NCBI RefSeq assembly: GCF_001447785.1
Contig: NW_015164189.1
Span: 1,022,332-1,086,331 of the forward strand
Source of the DNA: Gekko japonicus
Lineage: Eukaryota
Direction: 5' to 3'
Length of the DNA: 64,000 bases
Position numbers and translations under genes: made by a program. The notes beneath the pieces are model-generated. The model was not told where the DNA came from. It did not search any database and saw only the letters and a program-made list of their open reading frames with translations. Shown in pieces: positions 27,105 through 39,180 of this stretch (its first letter is position 1; every line of letters starts with the position of its first letter).

Positions 27105-27992
27105 TTATAGAATCATAGAATCACAGAGTTGGAAGGGGCCATACACGCCATCTAGTCGAACCCCCTGCTTAATGCAGAATCAGCCTAGAGCATCCCTGAC
27201 AAGTGTTTGTCCAGCTGCTGCTTATAGATTGCCAGTGCGGGGGAGCTCACCACCTCCCTACGCAGCAGATTCCACTGTTGAACAACTCTTACTGTCAAAA
27301 TGTTTTCCCTAATATTCAGCCGGTACCTCCTTGCCCTTAATTTAAACCCATTATTGTGAGTCCTACCCTCTGCTGCCATCAAGAACAGCTGCCTGCCCTC
27401 CGCTTAAGTGACAGCCCTTCAAATACTTAAAGAGAGCAATCATATTCCCCTTCAACCTCCTCTTCTCCATACTGAACCATTCCCAAGTCCCTCACTCTTT
27501 CTTCATAGGGCTTGGTCCCTAGGCCCCCGATCATCCTCATTGCTGTCCTCTGCACCCGCTCCATTCTGTCCACATCCTTTTTGAAGTGAGGCCTCCAGAA
27601 CTGCACAGAGTACTCCAGGTGTGGCCTGACCAATGCAGTGTACAGCGGGACTACGACATTTTTCGATTTGGATGTTATGCCTCTGTTGATACACCCCAAG
27701 ATTGCATTAGCCTTTTTTGTCGCTGCATCACACTGGCTGCTCATATTTAACTTACAGTCCACCCATACCCCAAGATCTTGTTCACACACACACTGCCACC
27801 AAAAAGTGTACTCCCCATCCGGTGTGTGTGTTCCTCATTTTTGTTACCCAGATGAAGAACTTGGCATTTATCCTTGTTAAATTGCATCTTGTTCATATCT
27901 GTCCATTTTTCCAGTGTGTTCAGATCTTGTTGAATTCTGTATCTTCTGGTGTGTTCACTGCTCCTCCAAATTGGGTGTCATCTGCAGATTTA
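27105..27992 (-). mobile_element. CR1 LINE 3' portion
   Basis: [30 protein letters not shown]...LVRPHLEYSVQFW motifs; (ATTCTATG)n-type 3' microsatellite at about 27105-27125. Confidence 0.92.
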
Positions 27993-28625
27993 AGACCAAC
28001 TAAGTTTCACATAACAAAGGGCAAAAACGTTTGAGTTCTCCACGATTCTCAAGGCAGACGTTACCCCACCTCCAAAATGGGGGGTGGGGGGAGAAAGATG
28101 CTGGCTGGGATGTGATGCAGAGCCCTGGTGTATGTGCCATGCTAGGTGTTAGAGATACATGCTGGGGTGTGTGCATTTTTTTCTTTTTTCTTTTTTAAAC
28201 AATTGCATTGGAGAATGCAGGTGTCAGGGCAAGGTAGTTTGCACTCCCCCAGGGGCATTGCCTCCTCTCCCCTGGGCAATGGGGCAGGCTCATCCAGACC
28301 AGGGCTGAAAGGGGGGGAGTTGAAGGGGGGAAGAGTGATGGGCCCCAGGAGAAATTGCAACAACAGTTGGCCAGTTAAGTCAGCCACCACCAAAGAGCAG
28401 CTTGGCTCTGGCCAACCAAGAGCTATGCCTGGAACTCATCTCCCCCACCGTAGAGGAAGAAAGTGAGAGGGAGAGAGGCACTCGCAAAGAGGTGCTTGTC
28501 GGCAGAGACCAGCGCAAGGCAGCTTCTGCCCAGCCAACTGAGGGCAGCGTCTGGCTCAGGCTTAGCAGAGGAAGAAAGATGGAGAGAGGCACCCACCAGT
28601 AAGGTGCATGTCGGCTGGGAGCATT

Positions 28626-28905
28626 GAAGAAGAAGAAGAGAAGAGATTGGATTTATACCCCGCCCTTCACTCAGAGTCTCAGAGCAGCTTACAATCTCCT
28701 TTCCCTTCCCCTCCCCACAACAGACACCCTGTGGGGTAGGTGGGGCTGAGAGAGCTCTTGGAGAACTGCCCTTGAGAGAACAGCTCAGAGAGAACTTGTG
28801 AATGACCCAAGGTCACACCAGCAGCTGCATGTGGAGGAGTGGGGAATCAAACCCAGTTCTCCCAGATTAGAGCCCGCGCTCCTAACCACGACACCAAACT
28901 GGAAC
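28626..28905 (-). mobile_element. Squam3-like tRNA SINE
   Basis: Minus strand TGGTGTCGTGGTTAG (A box) and GGGTTTGATTCCCCAC (B box); L2-like 3' end GGGCGGGGTATAAAT; (CTT)n tail. Confidence 0.8.
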
Positions 28906-30718
28906 TGGACCTGGCCTCCAGCCAGCTAAGAGCAGTGCCTGGCTCTCGCGGATCTTATGCAGTTTTGCTGGGCTTGTAAAGCAGAGATGTTCCGTCAGGC
29001 CTTTGGTTGAAGACAGCAAGGGGCACCATCCTGGCTGGCACTGCCTTCTCCCTTCTTTTTCCAACTATGCTCCCACCCACCTGTCAGTCAGGGCCACAGT
29101 CTCGAATTCAATGTATTAACGCTATCTGAATAATGCTATTTATGGATTGTTTTTAATTCGTTTATTTAAATTGTTGGACTTGTTTTAATATGATGTTGTA
29201 TCTTTGTTGTTCATTGCTCCATGCCCTGAGTACTCAGGGATTGAGCGATTTATAAATCTAACTTATAAATAAACAAACAAAATATAAGTTGTCTTTGCAG
29301 CAGCTCACACCACAGTGCAAGGATCTTTACTGCATTACCATGTTTATGCAAGAAAATATTTTTAAAAGGCATTTTGTTAAACATAGCTTTCACCTGAAGT
29401 GCTGAAGAACTATACTTAACCTCACTTGCTGACATTCTATAGTAGGCTCCGCCTACTGTGCCATGTGTTTTGTACCCACCACTCTGTGTCAGAATTCCAA
29501 AGGATGCCTGCAAACTTGAAAAGGCTGGGGATTCCTGTCCTAAAATGTCCCTGTCCTTCTTCAGATACATTGAAACACAAGTCACCAACCATTACATGTA
29601 GGTAGAGGATGAGGAGGCCATTGCCAGGAAGGTCCAATTAGAGTCAAGATGTATAAGTAACTGAGCAGTAAATAGAACTAAGACTGGATGAAGGTAAGAC
29701 CTGTGAGTAGCAGCAAATTAGCATACAGCATAATAAAGGAGTTTACAAACAGATGGGAGAACTGAATGACCTTAGCATGTGCAGTGAGATAAGTAACCAA
29801 TCTCTCTGTTAGCGGGGTGGGGGTGGGGGAGGGTGTTCCATTGTCCTGAGTGGTGTAATAACTTGTAACTCAGCAGTCTCCTGTTCTAGTCTGTTTCTGA
29901 AGTTTCTTTGCAATAAAACAGCTAGTTTGAGGTCCCCCATTGAATGTCCTGGAAGGTTGAAGTGTTCTCCTACATGTTTCTCAGTTTTGTGACTCTTGAT
30001 GACAGATTTGTGCCTTTTATTCTTTGGCATAGGGTTTGACCTGTTTGCCCTATGTAGAGAACTGAAGGGCATTGTTGACATTTAATGGCATATACAGTGT
30101 TAGAAGATGAGCAAGTGAATGTGCCTGAGATAGTGTAATTGATGTTGCTAGTTCCAGTTATTGTGTTGTCTGGGTGTACGTGGCAGCAAAGTTGGCATCT
30201 GGGTTATTGCAAGCTCTGGTACCAGTGTCCATGTTCAAATTAGATATTGTTTCATTTTGGGTGAGGAGCTGTTTAAGATTGGGGGGCCATCTGTGTGCAA
30301 GAAAAGGTTTGTCCCCCAGTACTTGTGAAAGAACTGTCATCCAGTAGAGGTTGTAAGTCACAGATGATGCGTTGAACTGTTTTGAGTTTGAGCGCTGTAT
30401 GTGACCACTAGTAGTGTTCTGTTATTGTCTCTTTTGGGCCTGTCTTGCAAACAGGTCTTCTCTGAGTACCATTCTAGCTTTGTTAATATGTTTCTTGACT
30501 TCACCAGGTGGATATTTTAGTTGTAAAAAGGATTTGTTGTAGATCCTTGTCTGCAGGATTGGAACAGATGCAGTTGTAGTGTAGAACCTGGCTGTATACA
30601 ATGGATTGCTTGGTATGTTTAGGAGGTAGCCAGAGCCATGTAGATATGTTTTTCAGTCAGTAGGTTTCCAGTATAAGGTGGTGTCTGTGCGTCCATCGTG
30701 TATTTGTACAGTAGTGTC

Positions 30719-31911
30719 TGTCCAGACCACCAGTCATTCGAATAAATCCACGTTTGGGTTAGCAAAGTAGCATTTATTGAAAAGCGTTGATGAATCAACC
30801 GATCTGAGCACCGTCTCCCTAATTTCTGGGTTCAGTCCAACTCAGTACATTTCGACAAGGACATGGTCTGACCAATTCGGCAACTTGGCTGCTTGGTTCT
30901 GGAACTCAGCTGAGTATTCTCTCACCGTCTGGCGTCCTTGTTTAAACGTGCGCAGGAAAGCCTTCGCTCGTTGGCCGGCATTCACATCTTCGAACCGCGT
31001 TCTTAGGGCCCACATGAATGCACGTAAATTCTGCAACTCCGGGCCTCGGCTGTTGTGCAGCACCACATACCAGGTTGCCGCCGCTCCTTTCAGCCGGGAA
31101 GCGATCACATCGATCTTGTTACTATCGGTCGGGAACAGATGCCCATGCTGTGTTACGAATTTCTGCACCCTTACGGTGAAAAACGCCAGCTCTTCCGGAT
31201 TCCCGTCAAATGTTGCTTGCAGAAGGTCTTTCGGCCGTGGTCTCCCTTGGACCGGTTGAAGTGGTGGCGGCACGCCGGGAGCCCCTGGTGCCGGCAATGC
31301 CGGGCCGGCAGGTGCTGCCGGTTGTGCCAGTTGTGCCGGGACGGGTGGCTGTTGCGCCGCTTGTCGGGCCATGACCGTTTTGACCAATCGTTCCATCATC
31401 TCTGGGAGAGCATCAAACACCTCTCTCACCATTTGCATTAGCTGCTGCAGTGTTTTGTCGATGTCGTCCACTCTATCTTCCAATCCTCCGCGGTCTTCTT
31501 CAAGACCAGGATGTCTCTGTTTCTCCTTGGGTCGATCCGACACCCAAGGATCATCTCCGACCGCATACTGGTCGCCCAGGAGACCCAAGCTTTTCCCCGG
31601 GTACATCCCCTGCTCAAACAGGCTATCCCGCAACCCGCTACCGCGGTGCGAAAAAGTCTCTCTGGTGCCTCGTTCATTGAACAGTAAGTTTCATTCTTAA
31701 CAAAATGTCCAGACCACCAGTCATTCGAATAAATCCACGTTTGGGTTAGCAAAGTAGCATTTATTGAAAAGCGTTGATGAATCAGGAACAACAGGATTGT
31801 TAAGAATGAAACTTACTACAAGGTTACAACATAATAAACACACTTAAAGATGCCCCTACCCAATGGGACCAATTCCCGTGTGCGGGAAATCTAGGTTCTT
31901 TGCCGCCTAAC
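30719..31911 (-). mobile_element. Ty3/Gypsy (Tf1/sushi-like) LTR retrotransposon, internally deleted: 5' LTR, PBS, gag, then 79 bp of the 3' LTR
   Basis: 30719-30797 is identical to 31706-31784. The LTR ends ...TCTGGACA on the minus strand, and a gag-like ORF lies between the LTRs. It interrupts the Penelope RT frame exactly. Confidence 0.9.
30798..31633 (-). pseudogene. Retrotransposon Gag (coiled coil, Pro/Ala linker, capsid domain; sushi/PEG10-like)
   Basis: TFDGNPEELAFF, SRLKGAAATW and the MHR-like FKQGRQTVREYSAEFQ. In-frame stop at 30842-30844, after which it reads VGLNPEIRETVL up to the deletion point. Confidence 0.85.
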
Positions 31912-34084
31912 CAGAAACTGTATTTCTCGCATAGGTTGGTTCATTGTCAGATTGAAGGTCGGATGAAAGTCATTGAATGCCTGGTGGGATTTGTCCAGGG
32001 CTTCTTTACCATGTGTCCAGACAATAAAGATGTCATCAGTGTATCACAGGTATAAAAGAGGTGTGAGTGGGTGGGAGTTTAGGCAGAGTTGCTCCAAGTT
32101 GGCCATGAAGATGTTAGCATACTGAGGTGCCATGCAGGTGCCCATGGCTGTACCATTGATCTGAAGGAATGAGTTGTCACCAAATTTGAATTGGTTATGG
32201 GCAAGAACAAATCGGCAAAGTTTGGTGGCAAAGTCAGCCGTGATATCAGAAATCATGTTCCTTTTATGGCTTGTAATCCATCTTTGTATGGGATGTTGGT
32301 ATACAGAGATTCCACCTCCATGGTGGCTAAAATAGTATTCTCTGGAAGGCTGTTCAAAGATTGTATTTTCCTCAGACAATCTGTGGTGTCGTATACATAA
32401 CTAAGACTGTGGATGACAGGTCTTAAAACAGAGTCCATGTATCCTGATATTGCCATGGTGATAGTGCCTATGCCTGAGACAGTGGGGGCATCCTGGGTTT
32501 CTAGGTTTGTGTATTTCAGGTAGAAGATAAAAGGTACCTGGTCAAGGTTCCTGTGGTGTGTTTGAGATGATCTGTTCCTGGATGGGTAGGGGTAATTCCT
32601 TTATACTCTTGCTTAGTTCCTTTTTTGTATTTCTGTGTGACATCTGAGGACAGTTGTTTGTAAAAATGAAAAAAAAAAAAGGTTAAGGCTTGAATTGTTA
32701 AGCATATAGAAAAACAAGTATTCTGACTACGGCTTCTCCAGAAAGGAAGTATTGTACCTCCAACTTATTAGGGATTCTTTGAGAGTGTTAGTAACTAAGT
32801 GCAGTCTAGTCGTAGCTCTTCAGTATTTTAATCTAAAAAGGTGCCACCCATAGGACAGCAGGTATATTTGGTAGCAAGATAAACTTTATAACATTGAAAA
32901 CTACAAATTTATCAAATACATTATAGCATATTAATTATTGCCAAAATTATTCTGCTGGTCGTTGACCGTAATAATCAATATTCATGTTTTTAAAACGTAT
33001 CCTATATGTCTGTAGTATACATAGGAATCATCATTGTCTGACGCTGTGCATTTTGACTGAATAAAACCTTGTCTTTAAAATATTTCATGGATTCCAAAAG
33101 TGCTGCTCCAGATTTCCCTGTGTTTCTAATGGAAGAATTGAAAAAGGGTCCTCAAGGGAAGAAGGCTTCCTCCTATTTTTTTCTTCCAGGGTTCACACGT
33201 CTACATGGGACTGCCCATGAAGATTATTCAGAAATTTAAATGAGCACAAAATGTCATGGCCAGTGTCTTTACAGTGGCACATTAGGGAAATCTGTTTCTG
33301 GGCTTTATGGTGTTGTTTTTGATCGTTACAGCCCGAAACATTTCAGACTCGGAAGTATCTGATGGGCTGCTCCTCCTGTATCATCTTAAGATCTGAAAGC
33401 AGAAGTAGTGGGACCTGAGATCCATGCATGTTGTTTTCCTCTATGAAACCAGCCTTATCCGAGGTTAGGTTGCCCAGGACCCAGAGGAAAGGACTTTTCA
33501 AGCCTCCTTCCTCACATGATGTTATGGTAGCATCTCTGGAGGCCACCCAGATTAAGTTGAAGACTTTTCTTTTCTGGAAGGCGTTTGAATGACATTGATA
33601 TGTGTGGTGTCTGCCATTGAAGCTGATGTTGCTAGTATTGTATGCTTTAAACAGTGTTTTATAGTATTTTATGTGGTTTTATTATTTGCATCTTATGTTC
33701 TAATTTGTGTTGATCAAAAGATATTCTAAAAGTATGCTAAATACTTAAAAATAAACTAAATTTGAATTTAACCTTGCTGGACAGTTGGATGAACAAGAAC
33801 GTTTTAGAGCTATGTGCTATTTGGCTTCTGCATGGTTTAGATTAGATACCTATTTACTTTTGGATGTAGAAATGAGGAAATGCGAACTCATGTGATTCTT
33901 TATTTGTAGAACTGGGTGTATAGCTGCAGTTTAGAGAGCTGTGCAATGGGAGCTCTTTTCTCTTTCTGTTAGCCCCACATGACAAAATGCCCCTAAAGCG
34001 TAAGGGAACTTTAAAAAAAACAACAACTGCATGTACTTCAAGTAGTCGCTATTAGGAGAGTAATAAGATGCAGTAAGTACATAC

Positions 34085-34441
34085 CAGGGCTTCTTTTGTA
34101 GAAAAAGCCCAGAAGGAACGTATTAGCATAATAGGCCACACCCAACAATAGAAATTCATTAGCATATTAGGCCACACCCATGACAGTACAGCTCCTTAGC
34201 ATATTAGACCACACCCCATGCCTTCCCTTGGCTTGCCGGGCAAGCCCCCCCTTGAAGGGAAGGGAAGACAGTTTAACACACACCCCCGGCCCACCTGCCT
34301 TGGAGTTGCCAGGGAGGGGGTTGCTCTCCAGGCCTTCCCTCTGTAGCCACAAACGCAGAGGTTTGGGCTGTAGTGGGCATGCCCAACTCTGAAGCCAGCC
34401 GGAACTCCGTTCCTGTGCGTTCCTGCCCAAAAATAGCGCTA
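34085..34441. mobile_element. Probable hAT-like MITE
   Basis: Imperfect inverted termini CAGGGCTTCTTTTG...GGAAC and GTTCCTGCCCAAAAATAGCGCT; internal repeats of ATTAGCATATTAGGCCACACCC; no clear TSD. Confidence 0.55.
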
Positions 34442-35904
34442 ACCCATGCATGTGGAAGATAGTTGGAGTGAGATATAAGAAAATATGAAGTGTTGATGTA
34501 ATTTTGCCATTATCTTTTGGCTGTAATGTTTACATTTGTGTGTTCTCAATGTTTGGTAATCAGAGAGCTCACAAAAGTTCCTTTTTGGTAGAATCAAAAA
34601 TGCTATCAACAATTTGGATAGTTAATTTTTTTGTTTGTCAAACAACACAGCCAGGAAATACATACTGGAGGTGGTTGCTTGAGGGGCTTGATGTACTTTA
34701 AGCTGTAAGTCTCTGTCTTTCTCACCCCAGGGGCTTGATGTACTTTAAGCTGTAAGTTTTATCCGTGGAGTCTCTGTCTTTCTCACCTCTTAAAGCTGCA
34801 GTTCTTCAGTAAGAGTCTTGGGGGTGGGGCGGGGAGAGTGCTTGCTTGTTAACCTCATTTGTGCTATTTATAGTTTCCCATGCAAAGCTTTCCCATACAA
34901 AGAATTGCCACAATATGAAATTAGAGAAAATGTCTTAGTAGTTTCTCTCTTCAGTTTTCAGACTCAGCTGTCTAGCTGTCAAGGTGGGCATTGCAAGATC
35001 TGTATTCAGAGAAAGGCAATGATAGTAGTTCCAGTAAAAAGAGCAAAAGGGGGGGGGAGTTGTAAAGCAACATTCCCCCCCCCCATTTAGGAAAGTATTG
35101 TGTTTTTGTACAAACAATGTCCATCAAACATTAATCCAAAGTTCTGATAGCACCATTCTTTTTGTTCAGTCTATACACATATAAGGTTGTCTGTTATCAG
35201 TAAGTCTGCTCAGCTAAAGGTGGTGAGGTCTGTGAGGCATGGCATGTCCCACCAACACAAGAGGCTCCAACATGGATAGAATGAACCAGCAATGGAAACA
35301 GAGCGTATTAGCTCACCCATTGCTTCATCCCAAAAACTACTGGCAGTGTGGTGAACTGGCACCCAGTTGCCATTGTCACTGAAGGGTGTAAGCAGAGTGG
35401 CTGCTGAGGCTCTGGCAGAGTTGCTAGAGTTTAGTTATTCTTGTTTCTTGCCACCAGTGGCCCTTTTGGGCAGTGGCTCACCGGGAAATTTCCCCATTAC
35501 ATTAAATGGCCAGTCCACGTCTGCTATACAGTAGTTATTGGATTTTGAATATTATTACCTTAAAGTTGTTTTGCCTTTTTTGGGTGTTTGTGTGTGTCAA
35601 ATCACAGCCAACTTATGGCAACCCTGTAGGATTTATAAGGCAAGGGACTTTCAGAGATGGTTTGCCATTGCCTACCTCTGCATAGCGACTCTGGACTTCC
35701 CCAGTGGTCTCCTAGCTGAATATTACTAACCAGCTCTGACCCTGCTTAGCTTTCAAGAGCTGATGAGATCTGGCTATCCAGGTCAGTACACCTGTTGTTT
35801 ACAGTGCATTAATATTATATTGACTTACTTGCCATGCATCTAATATGTAGAGACCTTTTAATGGAAGAATGATCAAGTCCATAAAGTGCCACTCAAATCT
35901 ATTT

Positions 35905-36280
35905 AATTCAATTTATTTATTTATTTGATTTTTACCCCGCCCTACCCCACCGAGGCAGGCTCAGGTCGGCTTACAAATAAGACAACAATATAAAATCAAT
36001 ATAAAATACACAATAAAGTTATTAAAACCATTAGTGTGATGATGGCATCACAACTAATAAAATGCACACACAGCAGTACCTCCAGTATTGACTGGCTCAA
36101 ACTGGAAAAAAAATTGGCACAGGGCAATGGAGGATGATGGAGCACAGCTCCTTACCTAAATGTCTGACGGAAGAGCTCCGTTTTCATGGCCCTGTGGAAC
36201 TGTGAGAGGTCCCACAGGGCCCTATGTCATCCAGAAGCTCATTCCGGTAAGTTGGAGCTGCCACCGGAAAAGCCCTGGAC
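35905..36280 (-). mobile_element. L2 3' fragment
   Basis: TTTA tail plus GAGCTCCGTTTT...GGCCCTGTGGAACTG, matching the other L2 copies. Confidence 0.7.
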
Positions 36281-37814
36281 TTTCAAGCATTCTGAATTTT
36301 TGTGGAAACAAAGTCACCTGTGATATCAAATCAGGGCCATTTGTACTTGGGAATAAGTTTATTATGGAAGTGGTTTTCCTTTAGTTGAGTTTCTCATTGG
36401 CTGGGTTGCAGTATGCATCTCTTACAAACTCCATTGTTTATCTGAGGGACTTGGGTTGATGCTTACATCTTGGCTTTGTGGTGTAAGTAGCCCACCCTAA
36501 GATATACTGAAGTTCAAAAGACTACAGGAGATTTAGCTGGGTATCCAGCCTTGTTGAGCCTGTGGGTGCTTTTGGAATTTTGAGAACAAGCAGTGGGTTC
36601 CACAACAAAACAGCTGCTATGGGGAGGTGAGACCAGTCTGGAAATGGTTGCCATGGGGCTCAGTCCAATTACAAAGTGTTAGGACATTCCAAACCAAGTG
36701 TCCTCCAATGATGGAGGCAGCTATTTCCAAATGTGCGCTTTCTGCAGGTACAAAGGTGATGTCTCCTGTACTCTTCCAGAATGTATCTTACTAAGTGAGG
36801 TGGAAGAAAGCTAGGATTAGCTGTTTTTCTGTGAGGAACAGAAGCTTTGAGGAAGAAGGAAGTGGATGCCAGGGAACATACTGTTGGATCACATTGGAGA
36901 TTGCCAAATTAGACAGACAAAGGGCTGCAATGATTCAGTATAAAAATCTTGAATTGAGAGGTATTGAAAAACAATCTCTGCCTTATCTTGGGGTTAGGTG
37001 AACATGTAAAGAATAGCATGGTTATAACTGATAGATACTACAGGTCTCTGAAAGGACCCGTCATAATAATCATTAGGCTTTTAACAGATCTTCAGAAATC
37101 TTTAACAACATGAACAGAACTCAAGTGATATATGTCAGCCTTGCCTGCTTACATTGCGTAGGGGATTTGGTGAAAGCTGCTTTGTATTTTACAATCAGCA
37201 TGCACATTAGAATGTATTCTTAAAACTGAATTGCACATGCTTGATGTTCCTTGTCTTCCGTCTCTTTTCTCTCAGGTGCTGAGTTTTCTTACTTAGCCTC
37301 AGAATTTTCTTCATGTGATCAATTCTTCTAATAATAAATAATGAGTGCCCTGTTTCCTAGACTGTCAATAAGGCAGCGACATAGGGCCACCCGCAGACAA
37401 AGCAGAGGTGTGTGTGTATTTGGGGGCCTCCACAGGTATACCAAAAATACTAATTTATGAATTTAAAAAATGGACACAAACCCCAGCAAAATAACCTTGA
37501 CATGGACTGAGCATGCTTATTGCCCTTTAGAAGCCAAGGCATGTTGAAGGCAAGTGATTTATCAGTTGAAGAGGGGAAAATAGTAGATGGCATTCTTCCA
37601 AATCCTGATGAATTAAAGCAAGTGTCCCCAACCTTGTTGACTCTGGGGGCATTTTTGAAATTTTGAGAGAGGGTGTTGGGCAACACCAGAAAATGGCTGC
37701 CATGTTGGTGAGATTGTCTCTTTACTTTGCACAGAAGAGATGCTGTTTTGTTTCTGCCTCAAAATAAAGGGGAGAATTTGTTCCCTGTGGGCATGTGGTG
37801 GTTGTTTCCAAGCC

Positions 37815-39180
37815 CAGTGGGACTAGGACATCTTGCGATGTGGATGTTATGCCTCTGTTGATACACCCCAAGATTGCATTAGCCTTTTTTGTTGCCGCAT
37901 CACACTGGCTGCACATATTTAACTTTTGGTCAACCTGTACCCCAAGATCTTGTTCACATACATACTGCTACTCAGAAGTGTATTCCCCATCCAGTATGCG
38001 TGTTTCTCATTTTTGTTACCCAGATGTAGAGTTCTATCTGCTGTTGGGCGGCCAGTCTGACTCTAGTCTGGAAGATCTGGGTTTGGCGTTGTGGGCCGTG
38101 GCTGGTTGGCTTAGACTGAGCCGACTGAAATTGAATCCAAAGTCGGGGTGGCCCAGGGTTAGGGATCCCACTCCCATCCTTCGATGGGGCACCATTGGTG
38201 CCAGTGTCAGAGGTTAGGAGTTTGGGAGTACTCCTGGACATCTCCCTAATGATGGAGGCCCAGGTAGCAGCCACTGCTGTCAGCCTTTTATCATTTTTGG
38301 CTGATTAGGCAGTTGGTTCCCTTCCTCGAAAGCAATGACTTGGCAACTGTGATCCATGCGATGGTCACATCAAGATTAGAGTACTATAATGCTCTCTACA
38401 TCGGGCTGCCCTTCACCCAAATCTAGAAGCTTCAGCTGGCACAGAACGTGGTGGCCAGGCTGTTCTTGGGTCTCCCCATGTGGGAGCACATCCACCCTGC
38501 GCTAAAACCACTGCACTGGCGAACCGAATTTGCTTCAAGGTGCCCTTTATGGTCAGGGACCTACTTACCTGAGGGACCGCCTTTCTTCACACGTTACCCA
38601 GAGAGCACTACGGTCAGGGTCTCAAAAGGATGCCAGGCTGGCATTGACCAGGGCCTTTTCAGTGGCGGCTCCTACCTGGTGGAGGGAGCTCCCAGAAGAG
38701 ATCAGGGCCCTGCGGGACCTTTTACAATTCCACAGGGCCTGTAAAACGGAGCTCTTCCACCAGGCCTTCAGGTAAGGAGCTGCATGGCCCGCACTTAACA
38801 ACTGAAGACCCTGTGCCCAACACCACCATCCAGCCTGCGCTTGCTGATAAAAAAATCATCTGCTGATGTTAAATTATTATGTTTACTGCTACTATTGCAC
38901 TGCCACCGCCATACAAATTGCTTTTGGTAATTATGTTTTATGTTGATATTTACAGGGCGGGGCACAAATCAAATCAATCAATAAATTGCGTCTTGGTCAT
39001 ATCCGCCCACTTTCCCAGTGTGTTCAGGTCTCGTTGAATTCTCTATCTTCTGGTGTGCTTGCTGCTCCTCCCAATTTGGTGTCATCTACAAATTTAATGA
39101 GTAGCCCCTGCACACCCTCATCCAGATCATTTATAAAACTATTGAAAAGTACTGGGCCCAGAACCAAGCCCTGTGGCAGA
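37815..39180 (-). mobile_element. CR1 fragment interrupted by an L2 (+) at about 38030-38985
   Basis: 37815-38030 and 38985-39180 are collinear with the CR1 at 27645-27990. The insert has L2 motifs (MEAQVAAT, RDLLQFHRACKTELF) and a 3' CAAAT/CAAT tail. Confidence 0.85.

Larger units (their letters stand above)
29690..32660 (-). mobile_element. Penelope-like element (RT plus GIY-YIG endonuclease), degenerate, split by an LTR element
   Basis: RT: TMEVESLYTNIP, QINGTAMGTCMAPQYANIFM, YTDDIFIVW, then QFL/DTTVQI across the insertion and LYWKPTD. Endonuclease C-terminus: VGEHFNLPGHSMGDL...E..LQVI. Confidence 0.9.
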
